Source: Schmidtea polychroa
Taxonomy: Eukaryota
Assembly: GCA_044892525.1 (NCBI GenBank)
Contig: CM097885.1
Coordinates: 17,734,001 to 17,798,000, forward strand
Reading direction: 5' to 3'
DNA length: 64,000 nt
The position numbers and the translations under genes are program-made. The notes beneath the pieces were generated by a model. That model saw nothing but the letters and a program-made list of their open reading frames with translations. It was not told where the DNA came from and searched no databases. Every line of letters starts with the position of its first letter. Position 1 is the first letter of the stretch. Positions 13,831 to 34,624 of the stretch are shown one piece after another.

Positions 13831-15065
13831 TTTAAAAGAAAATCTTCTTCACTTGAAAAATTGGATGAAAAATTAATAAAATTTCGATTAAACACGAAAT
13901 TTACCAATAACTTGGTAAAAATTGATTAAATAATTATAAAAATTTAAATTATTCAAAATATAATAAATAAATATCAAAAAACTGTAATTAATGGACAAGA
14001 AATAACTTTAAATTCTAGTCATTAATAATCTAGTAAATAAAAAATACTGATCATTCAAGTTAACATGAATCAACTAAGATAATAAATTAATAAGAATTTT
14101 GAAATAAGATCTAGTAGATAATTGATTTAAATTGAATAAATTAATTGAAATAAATTAATTTTAATTATTTTTTTAAAAGTAATACATGTACTCAAATTGA
14201 TTGACTGATTACTCAAAATATTCCAAAAATTCAGTATAAATTCATTACAATTATCAATGTCATCAATCTACATTAAAAATAATTATCATTAAATTCCAAA
14301 AGAGACTGATAACTAATTATAACATCTGATAAACAAGTAAATTTATTTAAATGACAATATTTGTTATATCTGTTATAAAGTTTAATAGTTTATACGTGTA
14401 TATTGTATTTGTTGGAGAATTGAAGACCCCAGCCGAGTCACCAGTAAATGAACTGTCTTGGGACAGCTGGGGGTGAATGTGTGTTGAAAGATATACAATA
14501 AAGAAATAATGTCTAAAATGATTAACTGAATACAACCAACAAAATATTATCCAACTTTTATTAACATAAAAAATATCGTAAGACCCGTTTTAATCGGGAT
14601 ATTGTTAGTTCAGGCTAAACTTAGAATCACTATGTAAGTTGTCGCCTGATCGAAAGTATAGTCCTTGTCAATCACAAAAAAATCAAAGTTGACATTGGAG
14701 CTATTAGAACGTGCTAACACATCTTCTAAATTATTTTTTAAAAACGGTTCAAAAGTTAAAGACATAATTCCAAATATTTATTATGTCACATATTGTTTAA
14801 TTTTAAACAACTTTTCAGCGTTGAATAAAATTTTTTCAAAACCATTTATCAAAATACTTCAATATTTAAAACATATTTATTTAAAAATTTTCATTAATAA
14901 AACTTCTTTTTTAAAAAGCTATTTTAATTTTTAATTCAAAAATTTCAACTTAAAAAATGCAATTTAAAAACTATTTAAAAGTTATTTAAATAGTCAATTA
15001 TTTACAATTTAAAATTATTTTGATAAATCATTGAAATATTTAACTCTCAGCTGAAAACACCTCAC

Positions 15066-18000
15066 ATCCCCTTCTTTAAGAAATTTCTTCATCTTTTCAA
15101 CATTTCTTTGAAGCATTTTCCCACTTTGGTCTTGTAGCAGGTATCGGCGATCATGGATCTTCTGCATTATTCTGTATGGCCCTTCGTATATTTCCTTGTC
15201 TTTCGTTTTTGATTCTACTTTTACCAGAATCTCATCTCCAATATTGAATGATCTCTTTGTCTGCGTTGTTTCTTTGTATCTTCTTTTTGTGAAATCGTCG
15301 CTTTACTATGAAATTGTTCTCGAGCTATTTTTCTTCCAAATATTACTTCTACGGGACTTCGTCTAATTGATTTCTGAAATGTTGCATTCATGGTAAATTC
15401 AATCTCTGGTATGATCTCTGCCCAATTTGTTCTACTTTTTTCTTTTAATGATGCATTTATATAGTCTCTTATTATCCTGAATTGACGTTCTATCACACCA
15501 TTTGTATTATGGTGATATGGACTTGAAAAGCATAGTGTAATTTCCATTGATTTTGTAAACTCTTTCATCGTCTTAGATTCAAATACTTTTCCACTATCTG
15601 TGTGAATTTCCTTTGGTGCTCCAAATCTAAGAATCCATTTTTGTAGTATTGTTTCCTTCACCGTTTCTTCATCCTGTTTAGCGACAGCACTCAGATAGAT
15701 ATATCTGCTAAATTGATCAATCATTGCGAATATAAATCTTTTCTTTCTGAATGTTTCCTTTAATGACCCACATATATCAATGTACACTTTTTCCCACGGC
15801 TCCTCTGCTGTAAGCTATATAGTCTCTTCCTTCATCTTTGTTGTCACTACTTGCGTTCTTTGACATGCCTCGCATTGTCCAATTGCTTCTTTAACTGATT
15901 CTTTTGTGTCTCCCATATCGTAATTGTCCGCTAAATATTTTGTCACTTTTTCTGCTCCTGCGTGTGATAGCAAAATATGCATACACTTTATCATTTCTTG
16001 TCTTTTTTCTCTAGGTATCCATATCTTACCCTTTATCGTTTTCGCCACGTTGTCTACCAGTATAAATTTCCAACTTGAACCCTGTGCCATTTTTTTTTAT
16101 TTGTTCTATTTCTGTATTATCTTTTTGCCACTTGTTATCTTCAGCTTTTTCCATCGTGTTTATTCTTCGGGTTTACATTCTTTTCACTTTCACGTCTTCG
16201 TGTGCCAATAAACATTGTGTACATGTTCCACGTGTACTCCTTGACAACATATCTGCCTTTGCAAGATCAGTACCTTTTCTATACTCTATTTTAATATCCA
16301 GACTACTGAGGTAGTTAATCCATGTCTGAAATTGAGTTGTTATTGGTTTCTTTGTGGATAACATAAAATTGATAGCTTTATGGTCCGTTCTCAAAATGAA
16401 TCGTTTTCCATACAAATAATGATTGAAGTGTTGACAAAAATAATAGATTGCCAGCAACTCTTTCCTTGTTATGCAATATCCCTTTTCATGATTGCTCATT
16501 GCATGAGAACCGTATGCTTTAACCTTTTCGCATCCGTTGTCATCATTCTGTGATAATACTGCTCCAATCGTGTCAAAACTTGCATCAGTATCCAGAATAA
16601 ATTCTCTTTCGAAATCTGGAAACCCTAGAATAGGTGAGGACACTAAAACATTTTTCATATTTTCGAATGCGATGTTGCATCCGTCAGTTCAAATTAATTT
16701 TTTGTTGTTTAATCCGCATAGCTCTTCTAATCGCGTCTAGCTTTGATGGGTCCGTCTGTATTTCATCTTTGTTGATTATGTGACCTAAGGTTTTGACTTA
16801 TCTTTAAGGATTTGGCACTTTTCAGGGTTTATCCTAAGACCCGCCTTTTCAATTTTGTACAGCACTTCATTTAAAACTTCCTAGTGGTGATTGATCGTTT
16901 CTGTAAATATCAAAATATCGTCTAGGTATACTGCTGCATATCTAGTACCTATTAATACTTTTCCCATCAGTTCCTGAAAGATACCTGGTGCCGCTGCTAT
17001 TCCAAATGGCATTCTGTTAAAACAGTATTGCCCTGATTTGGTTGAATACGCCGTTTTTAACTTTGATTCATCTTCTAGTTCTACTTGATAATATGCATTT
17101 CCAAGATCTATCGAACTGAAATACTTTGCTCCACCCAATTTATCTAACATCTCTGCTATATTCGGCATAGGGAACACCTGTCTCTCTGTTACTAGGTTTA
17201 ATTGCCTGAAATCAAGACAATATGATATCTTGCTTTTCTTTCTTCGAGACGCATATTAATGGAGTGTTCCATGGCGAATTACACTTTTTGATATTATTGT
17301 TTTCCAATAAGTTTTTTTCGCTTCATCTATTTTACCTTCCAAGTTCACTGGTTGTCTCCAAGGTTCAATATTTATCGGTTTTCCTTGAGTTTCTATCTTA
17401 TGCTTCAACAGCTTTGTGCAGCCAATGTCCCATTTATCAGCCATAAAAACATTTTGATTCTTTTTTACAATGTTCAATAGTATCGAATTATTTATCTTTA
17501 AAGTATTTTTTGCTCTTTGAAATCGTTCCATTTGCAACTCTATACCACCAATTGCCTCTGGAGTCAGATATTGTACTATCGTAAATTTTACCCTTCTTTT
17601 CCTGCCATTTATTACTATTTCTAATATTGCTTTACCTTTCGTTTCTAAAACACTATTATTTGCACATCTCAATGTATCAGTCGTTGTTGTTAATTTTACA
17701 TCTTTAAGTTTCTCAAATTTGCTTCAACTCATGATATTTACTGTAGATCCTGTATCGAGCAAGCATTCCATCTTCTGGTCTTGTATTCTAATAGTTACAC
17801 TTGGTCGGCCTTGTATTTTATCATAACTAATAATATCATTTTTCCATTCATCTAAGGTGAGTATTTGTATATTTTCTCTTTCTCTTTCTGCAAAATCCTT
17901 TTATATGAATCTGTTTACTTTCCTTTTTACATTATTTTCATCTTCCGTTACCTCTGTATCTTTCACATCTTTTTCTATAATACAAGATATTTTACTTTTA

Positions 18001-18130
18001 TTATAATAATTAATAATTTGGGAGTCAGCATTACTGTTTAATACACTGCCCCGACTATCTCCTCTTCTAACGGGCGTTATTATTTGGGTATTCTCTGTAT
18101 TTATCTTTTATTCTATCATCACTTGGTTCG
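15066..18130 (-). mobile_element. Decayed Ty3/Gypsy pol (PR-RT-RH-IN)
   Basis: Fragments CLLDTGST, FSSIDLGNAYYQ, YLDD, LDTDAS, RTDHKA, H...H/C..C, YIDICG and IHTDSG, with several stops and frameshifts. The polypurine tract aaagaagggga is followed by TGTGAGG at ~15065. Confidence 0.92.
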
Positions 18131-18189
18131 TCTATGAATGCTACATGTTATTATGTCCGAGGGTTTATCTATACTTAATTGATTTACAG

Positions 18190-18860
18190 TATCTATGTGA
18201 TGTACTATTGTGCGTGTAATGGGTATGTAGTTAGTATTTGAATGTCTATGTTGTAAGGAATTTGATGAGCCCGATAGAGTCACTGTTAAAAATTGTGGCG
18301 GGACAATCGGGGTGCGTGTATATGTGCGTGTTTATAAAACCTTGAAAAAATGATGAATAACAAACAATATAACTACAAAACGTTTATTAATGAATAAAAT
18401 TTATTTGACCTGATTTAGGGAATGTCTTTGTATCTTCTTTTAGATTAACTTGGAAGAAATGGACAATTGTGATCAAGCTTCAGAAAAGTCTTTATATCTT
18501 CTTTTAGATTATCTTGAAAGAAATGGACAATTGTAATCCAACTTCAGAAATGTCTTTATATCTTCTTTTAGATTAATTTGGAAGAAGTGGACAATTATAA
18601 TCAAACTTCTGAGATTTCTTTATATCTTCTTCTAGATTATCTTGGAAGAAATAGACAATTGTAATCGAACTTCTGAAATGTCTTTATATCTTCTTTTAGA
18701 TTAGCTTGGAAGAAAAGGGGTAGTTGCGATCAAGCTATAAAAATCTCTATTTATTTTCTTTTGTTAGCTTTGCTTTCAATTTTATTTTCGGTTTTATTTT
18801 CGATTTTATTTTCTATAGCGATAATTTACTAAAGTAAATTATCGCTATATAGTTTTTTTT
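18190..18860 (-). mobile_element. LTR-like sequence related to the LTR at 59488-60273, with ~60-bp tandem repeats
   Basis: Shares two hairpin motifs with that LTR in the opposite orientation. About 5-6 copies of tatcttcttttagatta.cttggaagaa.tggacaatt lie at ~18410-18740. Confidence 0.65.
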
Positions 18861-18949
18861 TAATTCTTTTTTTCAGGACGTTGGGGACGCCAAAACAGGA
18901 GTAAGAAAAATAACCTAATTGAGGTTCTGTTTTGGCCCATAATTATCAA

Positions 18950-19560
18950 TAAAAATGTAAAATTCGCTTGTCTTGTTTCCTTTCTCGTTCCTTGATAACC
19001 ATTATCTGCTTCGTATCGTTCTTGTTGTCTTCCAAAAATTTCATTGATTCTCCTATATCTCATTCTGTTTAAATTGACTGTCAGTTTACTAACAGTGCAT
19101 TGACCTTTATTTTCTTGTTCCCATTTTCCAGGTAGATTGGAATAGTCCTTAAACTAAGATAAGTTCTTAAGTTTTTCTCGTTCATCTCTTTCAAGGTCAA
19201 CATCGTGTTGTTACCATTTTCACTTTCCTCATTGTGCTGTCTTTCGTGCAATAATTCATTGTGTCTTTGCTTACATTCGATGACCTTGAAGAACGATTCT
19301 TTACGACATTCCTTGGTTATGTGATTTCTTTTGAAGTAATTTCTGCACAGTTTCTTTTCTTCAATGACCTTTTTCCTTTTTGAAATTGTGAGTTGCTTGA
19401 ACTTGTCACATTGGTCTAGGTAATGTTGACCACCACATTGTACACACTCTAATCTATAGAGGTTAGAATCATTCCCCTGTCTGACCGTCTCACCTTTAAC
19501 TTTGCCATCTGGTTGCCTCTTAAAATGCGTGCGACCTCCTGATTGAAGCTTTCTCTTCCT
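18950..19560 (-). pseudogene. BEL/Pao gag C-terminus and start of protease
   Basis: CVQCGGQHYLDQCDKF...LCRNYFKRNHITKEC...ECKQRHNELLH is the triple zinc knuckle typical of BEL/Pao. After a frameshift comes LRTIPIYLENGNKKIKVNALL. Confidence 0.8.
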
Positions 19561-20404
19561 CTAGACACACCTTCGACTCGTAATCGATGTCAGTGTTCAT
19601 TATTTATAAAGTTATTTCGTAATAATGAAAATGTTTATAATGAAAAGCATACTTTATTCTCCAGCCAATTAAAATTAAGATAGAAAATATATTACGTTGT
19701 GGTATTTTATAATTATTTTGTGAAAAGTGAAATAAATATGTGCTTAAATTGACTATAAAATTCATAATTACACATTTTTATTTAAAAATAAATAGATAAA
19801 ATATATTTTTTAAAATGTCTGATAATGACCATTTTATTTTACCATTTTTGATTTTGCGCTTATTTTGATTCGATTCAATTATGTATTATATATAGTAGAC
19901 TTACGAATGATATAAAACTTGTGTGTAAGTAAAACCGTCCCTTGTTTATTGCTCCTTATCAATGTTTTCATATGCAGACACACATAGATTATCTGACCAA
20001 AATAAAACATATATATATAGTTTTCATAAATTTAAATCAAATTACATGTATTTTCTTAAAAAACTTTGATTTTACCCTTATTTACTGCCCTTTACACACA
20101 TTCACTTTAGATCTCGCTTAGAAATATTTTTCTATTCTTAAGGTTTGTAATACAAAGACATATGCAATACAAATGAATGAGTAGCAAAGACATTTGCAAA
20201 CGTAGTATTAAAACGTGTTTTGACTTTGAAAATTTCCTATAAAGTAATTCGTTAAATGGACTTAGGAAACTTTTTAAAATTTTTAATTTTGACCTCAATT
20301 TGACCTTAAAATTAAGGGATAGGGGTAGGGGGTTGACCTTAAAATTTGACCTAAAATTTGGAAAAATTAGACTTTGGCCTCAAAAGTTGACCTTAAAATT
20401 GACC

Positions 20405-21035
20405 TTAAAAATTGACCTTAAAAACATCATTCACATTTTCCTTCTTTTCCATAAAAGATTGATTTGCTTTTCTTTCCATCAGTGCCCCAATTATTTGATG
20501 TTTTTCCTCGATCTCTTGCAGGTCTTTATCTAAGATTGCAGTGATGTCCAATCTTTGCAATCTTTTACTGATCGTTCTTAGATCCCTTAATTTTTCATCT
20601 AGACTCTCCTTTTGATCTTCATATTCCACAAACCATTCGCTAACTTCCTTTCCATTTATATCATTGAGAATCTTGTTTCTCAATCTCGTTAATTTTCCTT
20701 TTTTCATTCTCTTTTTCCACAGTTCTTCTTCTAACATCTCTTCGTCATTGACACCGCACAGTCTGAGTGATAAATGAATTATTGATCCTACTTGGATACT
20801 ATAGTCGTTCAATATTCTTTAATTTTCTAATTGCTTTCCCGCGTAGACTAACATTTGATAATTTTCCGGAATTCCTTCTTTGTTTTGAATTTTTACATTT
20901 TCAATCGTGTCACTCAATTCAACGTCAAGAAGGATTGTCTTACCAGTAAGAGCTTTGATAAATATTTTGCTTCCTACTTCTCAAACGCAACTCTTCTTCT
21001 TTCTCTATACGACAAAAACAAGCCTCAAAACCCAT
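20405..21035 (-). pseudogene. Ubiquitin-like domain fused to a BEL/Pao gag-like N-terminal coiled coil
   Basis: ~20753-20970 translates as [70 protein letters not shown] and continues in frame into ...KKGKLTRLRNKIL.... Stop at 20819-20821; probable 1-nt frameshift after the ATG at 21035. Confidence 0.85.
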
Positions 21036-21297
21036 TACTTCGCTCGCCCTCAACCTTGACTTAGCTCGCAAAAACGCTGAGCTTTATATTTCATTTTTAT
21101 TTAAACGGTTCTCCTGGCTACCCACTTTGAAAGAGTGCTGGGGCCCATAGCAGCACTCTTTCACGCTCGATAGGGAAGGGAGTTTGGTCAATTTTACAAA
21201 TATAAATTCAAACTAAAATTCACCATTGATCAGCCAGGGCTGTCTCCTTGCACCATTGTTCTCTTTCCTGGTGCGTAGCCCCCTGAAGGGAACTACA

Positions 21298-21313
21298 CTC
21301 TGCTACCATGTTT
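21298..21313 (-). promoter_or_regulatory. LTR 3' end and primer-binding site complementary to initiator tRNA-Met
   Basis: Minus strand reads ...aaaca TGGTAGCAGAG, complementary to the CUCUGCUACCA 3' end of eukaryotic tRNA-iMet. Confidence 0.75.
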
Positions 21314-21782
21314 AATTTTGGTTAAAAATTCTTGAATGTTTTTCCGTTGATCACCTTGAAGTTGCATTATTTCACCATATTCTTCATGCGGCACAATTGT
21401 ACCATTACATAAAAATTCCTTTTTACAAACTTTAAGGATACGTTTTTTATCATATTTTTCTGGGATTCCTTGAACAGTTGTTAATGTTTTCCGGCCATTT
21501 CTTTGTTGAATTCGAACATGAATTACATTCTCACTTTTACCATCATTATCTTCATTCTCAGCAAAAGGATCAACAGTTTACAAATTTTGAATTGACATAA
21601 ACAACTTTAAATTTCTTTATTTTTCAATCAAATTAAAACTCATAACAATAAAACAACTCAATTAAAAATTAATTCTCCAAGTCTACAAAATTCAAACAAA
21701 AATCAATCCAATTTTTCAAAACAAAAACGAAAATGCACAAAGGCGCGACTCAGGATTGACCAATTATTATTATTATTATTAA

Positions 21783-22013
<231 letters not shown>

Positions 22014-22014
22014 A

Positions 22015-22940
22015 TGATGATTTCTTGGTAGCAGCATTTATTATTTAAAACAATAAAATGATAATTTAAGCCTTTTGCAGCAAATAATGTATTTAATGAA
22101 AAAATTTTCGACAATAAGATAGTCCTAGTCAATCTCCTGGAATTTAGCAATGTTCTTCCCCAAAATACCTTTCAATCTTTCCTTTATTTCCTTTCTATTA
22201 ATTCTCATTGGTTATAAATATAATGAATTTTTTTATTAAAAACTTTTAAAATTTTTACATTTAAAATTCCAAAATGACACAAACTAAAAATTTTTAAATT
22301 TTTTTATACAGCTTCTATAATTAGCTTCTAGAAGCCTAATAAAATATTTCAAAATATTCTAAATAAAGCCTCCAATAACCACTTATATATGCTATTTAAA
22401 TATTTCAATAAATGTGTCAATTTTGATTTTCAAATCCTATTTTTTAAAATTTTCTATATTATTCTAATTATTACTTTTTAATTTATTATATATATTTTTT
22501 AATTTCTTTATATATTGTCAGTTATTTTCAAGGTCAATTGCAACAGATCAAATTCATGATTTCATTGATTTCTTCTTTAGTGTTGATCTTTGGCTGTCTG
22601 TTTATGATGAGAATTGCTTCTTTGAATCTGAAATTTTTCTTTTGGATGTTTCCATTAGCTATGATTTCGATTGAAATATTTTTTCTTTCCTCTGTTGGCT
22701 GACACTGCCGGAGATGTCTGTCCAACGAGGATGTTCCACCAGGATCTAGATGTTCTTTAACTCTTTGGTGCAAGGTCCTGAGGGTACTTCCAATGTAGAT
22801 TTCATTGCATACATTGCACGTGATGCAATAGACGATGTTTTTTCTAAAGCACATATCTTTCGGTGTCTGGCAGTTTTTCATTGTGCAATTGTTTTCTCTA
22901 TTTATGTTGCCTGCCAGAGCCCTTCTCAATTTATTATCAA
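22015..22940 (-). mobile_element. 5'-truncated Penelope-like element (GIY-YIG endonuclease plus 3' tail) between (ATT)n tracts
   Basis: KNIVYCITCNVCNEIYIGST.RTL.QRVKEH...RFKEAILI...PKINTKEE. Tail sequence is shared with ~30080-30170, 34625-35025 and 35885-36540. Confidence 0.85.
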
Positions 22941-23016
<76 letters not shown>

Positions 23017-23281
23017 GTTAGAAGAAGACATAGTTTCACAGAAATCTTTATTCACTTCAAAAATCTCAACGGAACACACAATCGTTATACTATTTATAGT
23101 ACATTGAATTGCGTAATCTACAAAAGGGAGAATTATTAGTTTAAGTGATACTGTTGACACAGAAGACACACATACTTACTTAATTTAGTTATACAAGCAT
23201 TCCCGCATCATTCAATAGATATCAAGGTCTAGTGACCTGGTTATGTAAGTAATTCGTTAGAAATTATTATATCATCTTACA

Positions 23282-23340
<59 letters not shown>

Positions 23341-23987
23341 GATTATTATTATTATTAATTATTATTATCCCCATCATCATTATATACATTATTTTGTGTA
23401 AAATATGATTACAGTGGAAAATATAACTATTTTGCTAAAATTATATTTTTTTAAATTATTTCACGCGAAACTGATAAATTCTCACGTAACCGAATCTTGT
23501 TTAGAAAAAATAATTTATCAAATTTCGTCATAAATTTGGTTTATGATTTCTGCCAGTTTTATATGATTTACAAAGTTTAAAATTGATACAAATTATTACA
23601 TATCGTATTTTGACTTAAAAAAATTACAAATATAAACTTAATTGATTTTCTAATTTATTTGTTTTAATAGATCACTTTTCAATTATTTAATACTTTCTCA
23701 ACTTAAAGATTGTGATTCAAATGTTTTGCAATTTTAATTAAATATTTTTTTAGAGTTCGTTCAAATTATTTTTGACGTATTCTTTGGGGAGAAAAGTTTG
23801 TTTGAAAAGTTATGAATGATGGCGGTGTTTTGAAATTTACTTTAGTGAAGGTTGAGTGAAAGATGACAGAAATTCGTGATTTATAAAATCGAGACTAGAA
23901 ATTTTAATTCATGCATTTAAATATAAAAATAATTATTATAATTTTGTTTATTACATAGACGACCTGAAAAAATAATATCACTGAACC

Positions 23988-24468
23988 CAGGGCCGGATTT
24001 AAGCATTTGTTGGCCCTAGGCAAAGGAGCTTTTTGGGGCCCTCAAAATTAATTATTATATTTCAAGGAATTTATATAGGTTATTTTATTTGCTAAAAGTA
24101 TTTAAGAAATAATTATTTACTACCTATTTATATTTTGAAATATATTTATTAAATAATTCCGTTTAAAAATAAGATACATATGTATCCGGATTTTTTCAAC
24201 TATAACAACTTTTAAAATTATTGGGGCCCCAAATTGTTGATATTTTAGAAAATTTCCTTAAATAAAAAAATACGTACAATGTTTTTTTAATTCTTTATAT
24301 AATACATGTATTTTATATTGTATTTTAATTTTTTATATTTTAGTATATAAAAAATCCATTAAAAAAAATATTTTTTTTGTGGCCCCTTAGATGATTTCGA
24401 TTTTGGGGCCCCCAATACTGCGGGCCCATAGGCAGTGCCTAGTCTGCCTATAGGTAAATCCGACGCTG
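23988..24468. mobile_element. hAT-type MITE
   Basis: TIRs CAGGGCCGGATTTA / TAAATCCGACGCTG (12/14 match) and a perfect 8-bp TSD ACTGAACC at 23980-23987 and 24469-24476. Confidence 0.9.
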
Positions 24469-24980
24469 ACTGAACCCGAGGGGTGAGGTCGTTTGATTAT
24501 TTATGGAGATACTCTTTGTTGTTTTCAATTTTGAATAAATTGATGTTATAATTGCCAAACTGGCTTATTGCTTTGCACTTTTTTATTATAGATTTACAGC
24601 TTTTTATCATATTTGATGCTATAGATCTTGTATCAACCTGTGGGATGTATGGAATGGGCAGTGCGATGTTACTACACATATGTTGGCACTATTCAACTCC
24701 CATATAAAATGGTTTATCCAACGTGATTGTGAAATTTAAAAAGCTCAAAACAAATAAAGCTAGTTGTGACAAGTGAGGAGTATGAAGCAAGGAAAATATT
24801 TCAGGATTCACTGTATTACATTATAAACGATTATGTAATGACTTTTATGGTTACGCAATAATTGAAATTTTACCCATTATACGTGAATTAACTTCTGAAA
24901 TCATAATTTTTCCTTTGATTTCTAGCATCGTGGTCGTTCGCTTTAAAAGTTAATTGAAATCAGTAAATTTGAAATATTAA

Positions 24981-25239
24981 CCCTTTAATGGACAATGACG
25001 TGTATAGCCGTCATGACGTCTATTGACGTCATGCCTCTTACCACAACTTTTCAGTTGTCATGGGTGTCATGACGGCAATACAAGTCAAAATGTGCATCAT
25101 TATTTTATGATTAAATTATTATAATTACTGCATTTCTTTCATTTTGCTGTTTTCAGAATTTCATTATCTTTAAAAATGTAAAAGATATGGCAAGTGACGT
25201 TCTGGGAACAGCAACTAAAAAAGTGTGTCCGCGAAATGG
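24981..25239. mobile_element. piggyBac-like MITE
   Basis: TTAA on both sides; imperfect TIRs CCCTTTAATGGACA / TGTCCGCGAAATGG. Confidence 0.65.
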
Positions 25240-25905
25240 TTAACTAACAGACGATGTTCAGCATGGAGCTTTTCATTCACAAATCATATAAAAACACAAA
25301 AGAAAGAATCGAATAATCACATATAAAATTGGGAAATTTTCTACTCAAATATTCATTGCAACATTCAGAATTGTTCTAGGCACTGATTTTTGAATTTTCA
25401 TCTGATTGTGTCTTCCGGCTTTGCATTCTGATAATTGATGAGAGCAAAGATCATGGTGTGACGCCATATTCTATATTTTTGCCAAAATAATATTTTGAAA
25501 ATCTCAAGCCCCCGCGCTAGAGAGAAATAAAACCAAAATGTAAAATTTCACTTTTGAATTACAATTTGAACTTTCGAAGAAATTGAGAAAAAATACTTTT
25601 AAATAAAATTTGATTTATTTATATCAAAAAAATAAATTCATGGTAGTATAAATTTTAGAGTCTATAGAGGACTCACAAGCCTGGTGCTTCGTTTCCATTT
25701 GATTCAGTGCGTGCGAAAACAACCAATCTGATTGGTTATTCTAATTTCATAACACACACACACATTCACAATCAAACGAAATTTTGTCCAACTTATTTAC
25801 GAAAATAATTCAAATCAATAGATTTTATTTTTGAATTTTTAAACCGTTGATTTTGTTTTTACTAGTTTTAGCTGTTAAGTTGGACAGTTGAAGATTGAAT
25901 TCGAT

Positions 25906-33662
<7,757 letters not shown>

Positions 33663-33870
33663 ATTTGATCCCAGCTCTCACTATGTGCCACTGTATAGGA
33701 GAAATATGAGGAGAAATATGTTGTTATTTTAGGATTAATTACTTTTGATTTTCTTATTTTATATAATCTTATTGAAAGATACAAAATCCTATTAACAGTC
33801 AAATAATATGAATTTTCAATATTTTTTTTATAATTTATTTTACATGTATAAATGTTTTTGGCTATTTGTG

Positions 33871-34008
<138 letters not shown>

Positions 34009-34476
34009 TTATTATTATGATATAAATAAATTTATTAATTCTGAATTTATGGCGATGTTTATTCCAATAAATGTTTTTGATTTATTTATTATTTATTTAT
34101 TTTTGGGGGAAAATTATTGCATTAAGTCGTTATAGGTTTTTCATATTTTAAATCAAAATGAAAGGAATTATTAAAAATAGTAAATAAATATATAAATGTT
34201 TAATATGGTGTGATGCTTTGATTGTTTTATGTCAACTAATATTTTTGAATTAAAAAATATAAATTTTTGAAAATATTGTATGTAATTGATAGTTATAACT
34301 TATTTTCGCTTTGTTGATTTAGTGTTTTTATTAATGTAAATAAATGATAAATTTATCAAAGTTTTAATATAAAAGAAGAATAGTTTGTTTTTAATTTTCT
34401 GCTAAAAATATCAATTAGGGATTACACATGCAGATATCGAGGTTGACAACATGAAAGAAAATTGGCGCTCCAGACA

Positions 34477-34568
<92 letters not shown>

Positions 34569-34624
34569 CATAATTATTATCATAATCATTATCATTATTA
34601 TAAAACAAGTAAATGATAATATAA

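Noticed and set aside
22534..23169. 211-aa poly-Asn GIY-YIG protein as a real gene
   Set aside because: Chance read-through across an (AAT)n tract into a truncated Penelope endonuclease, starting at a non-ATG codon.
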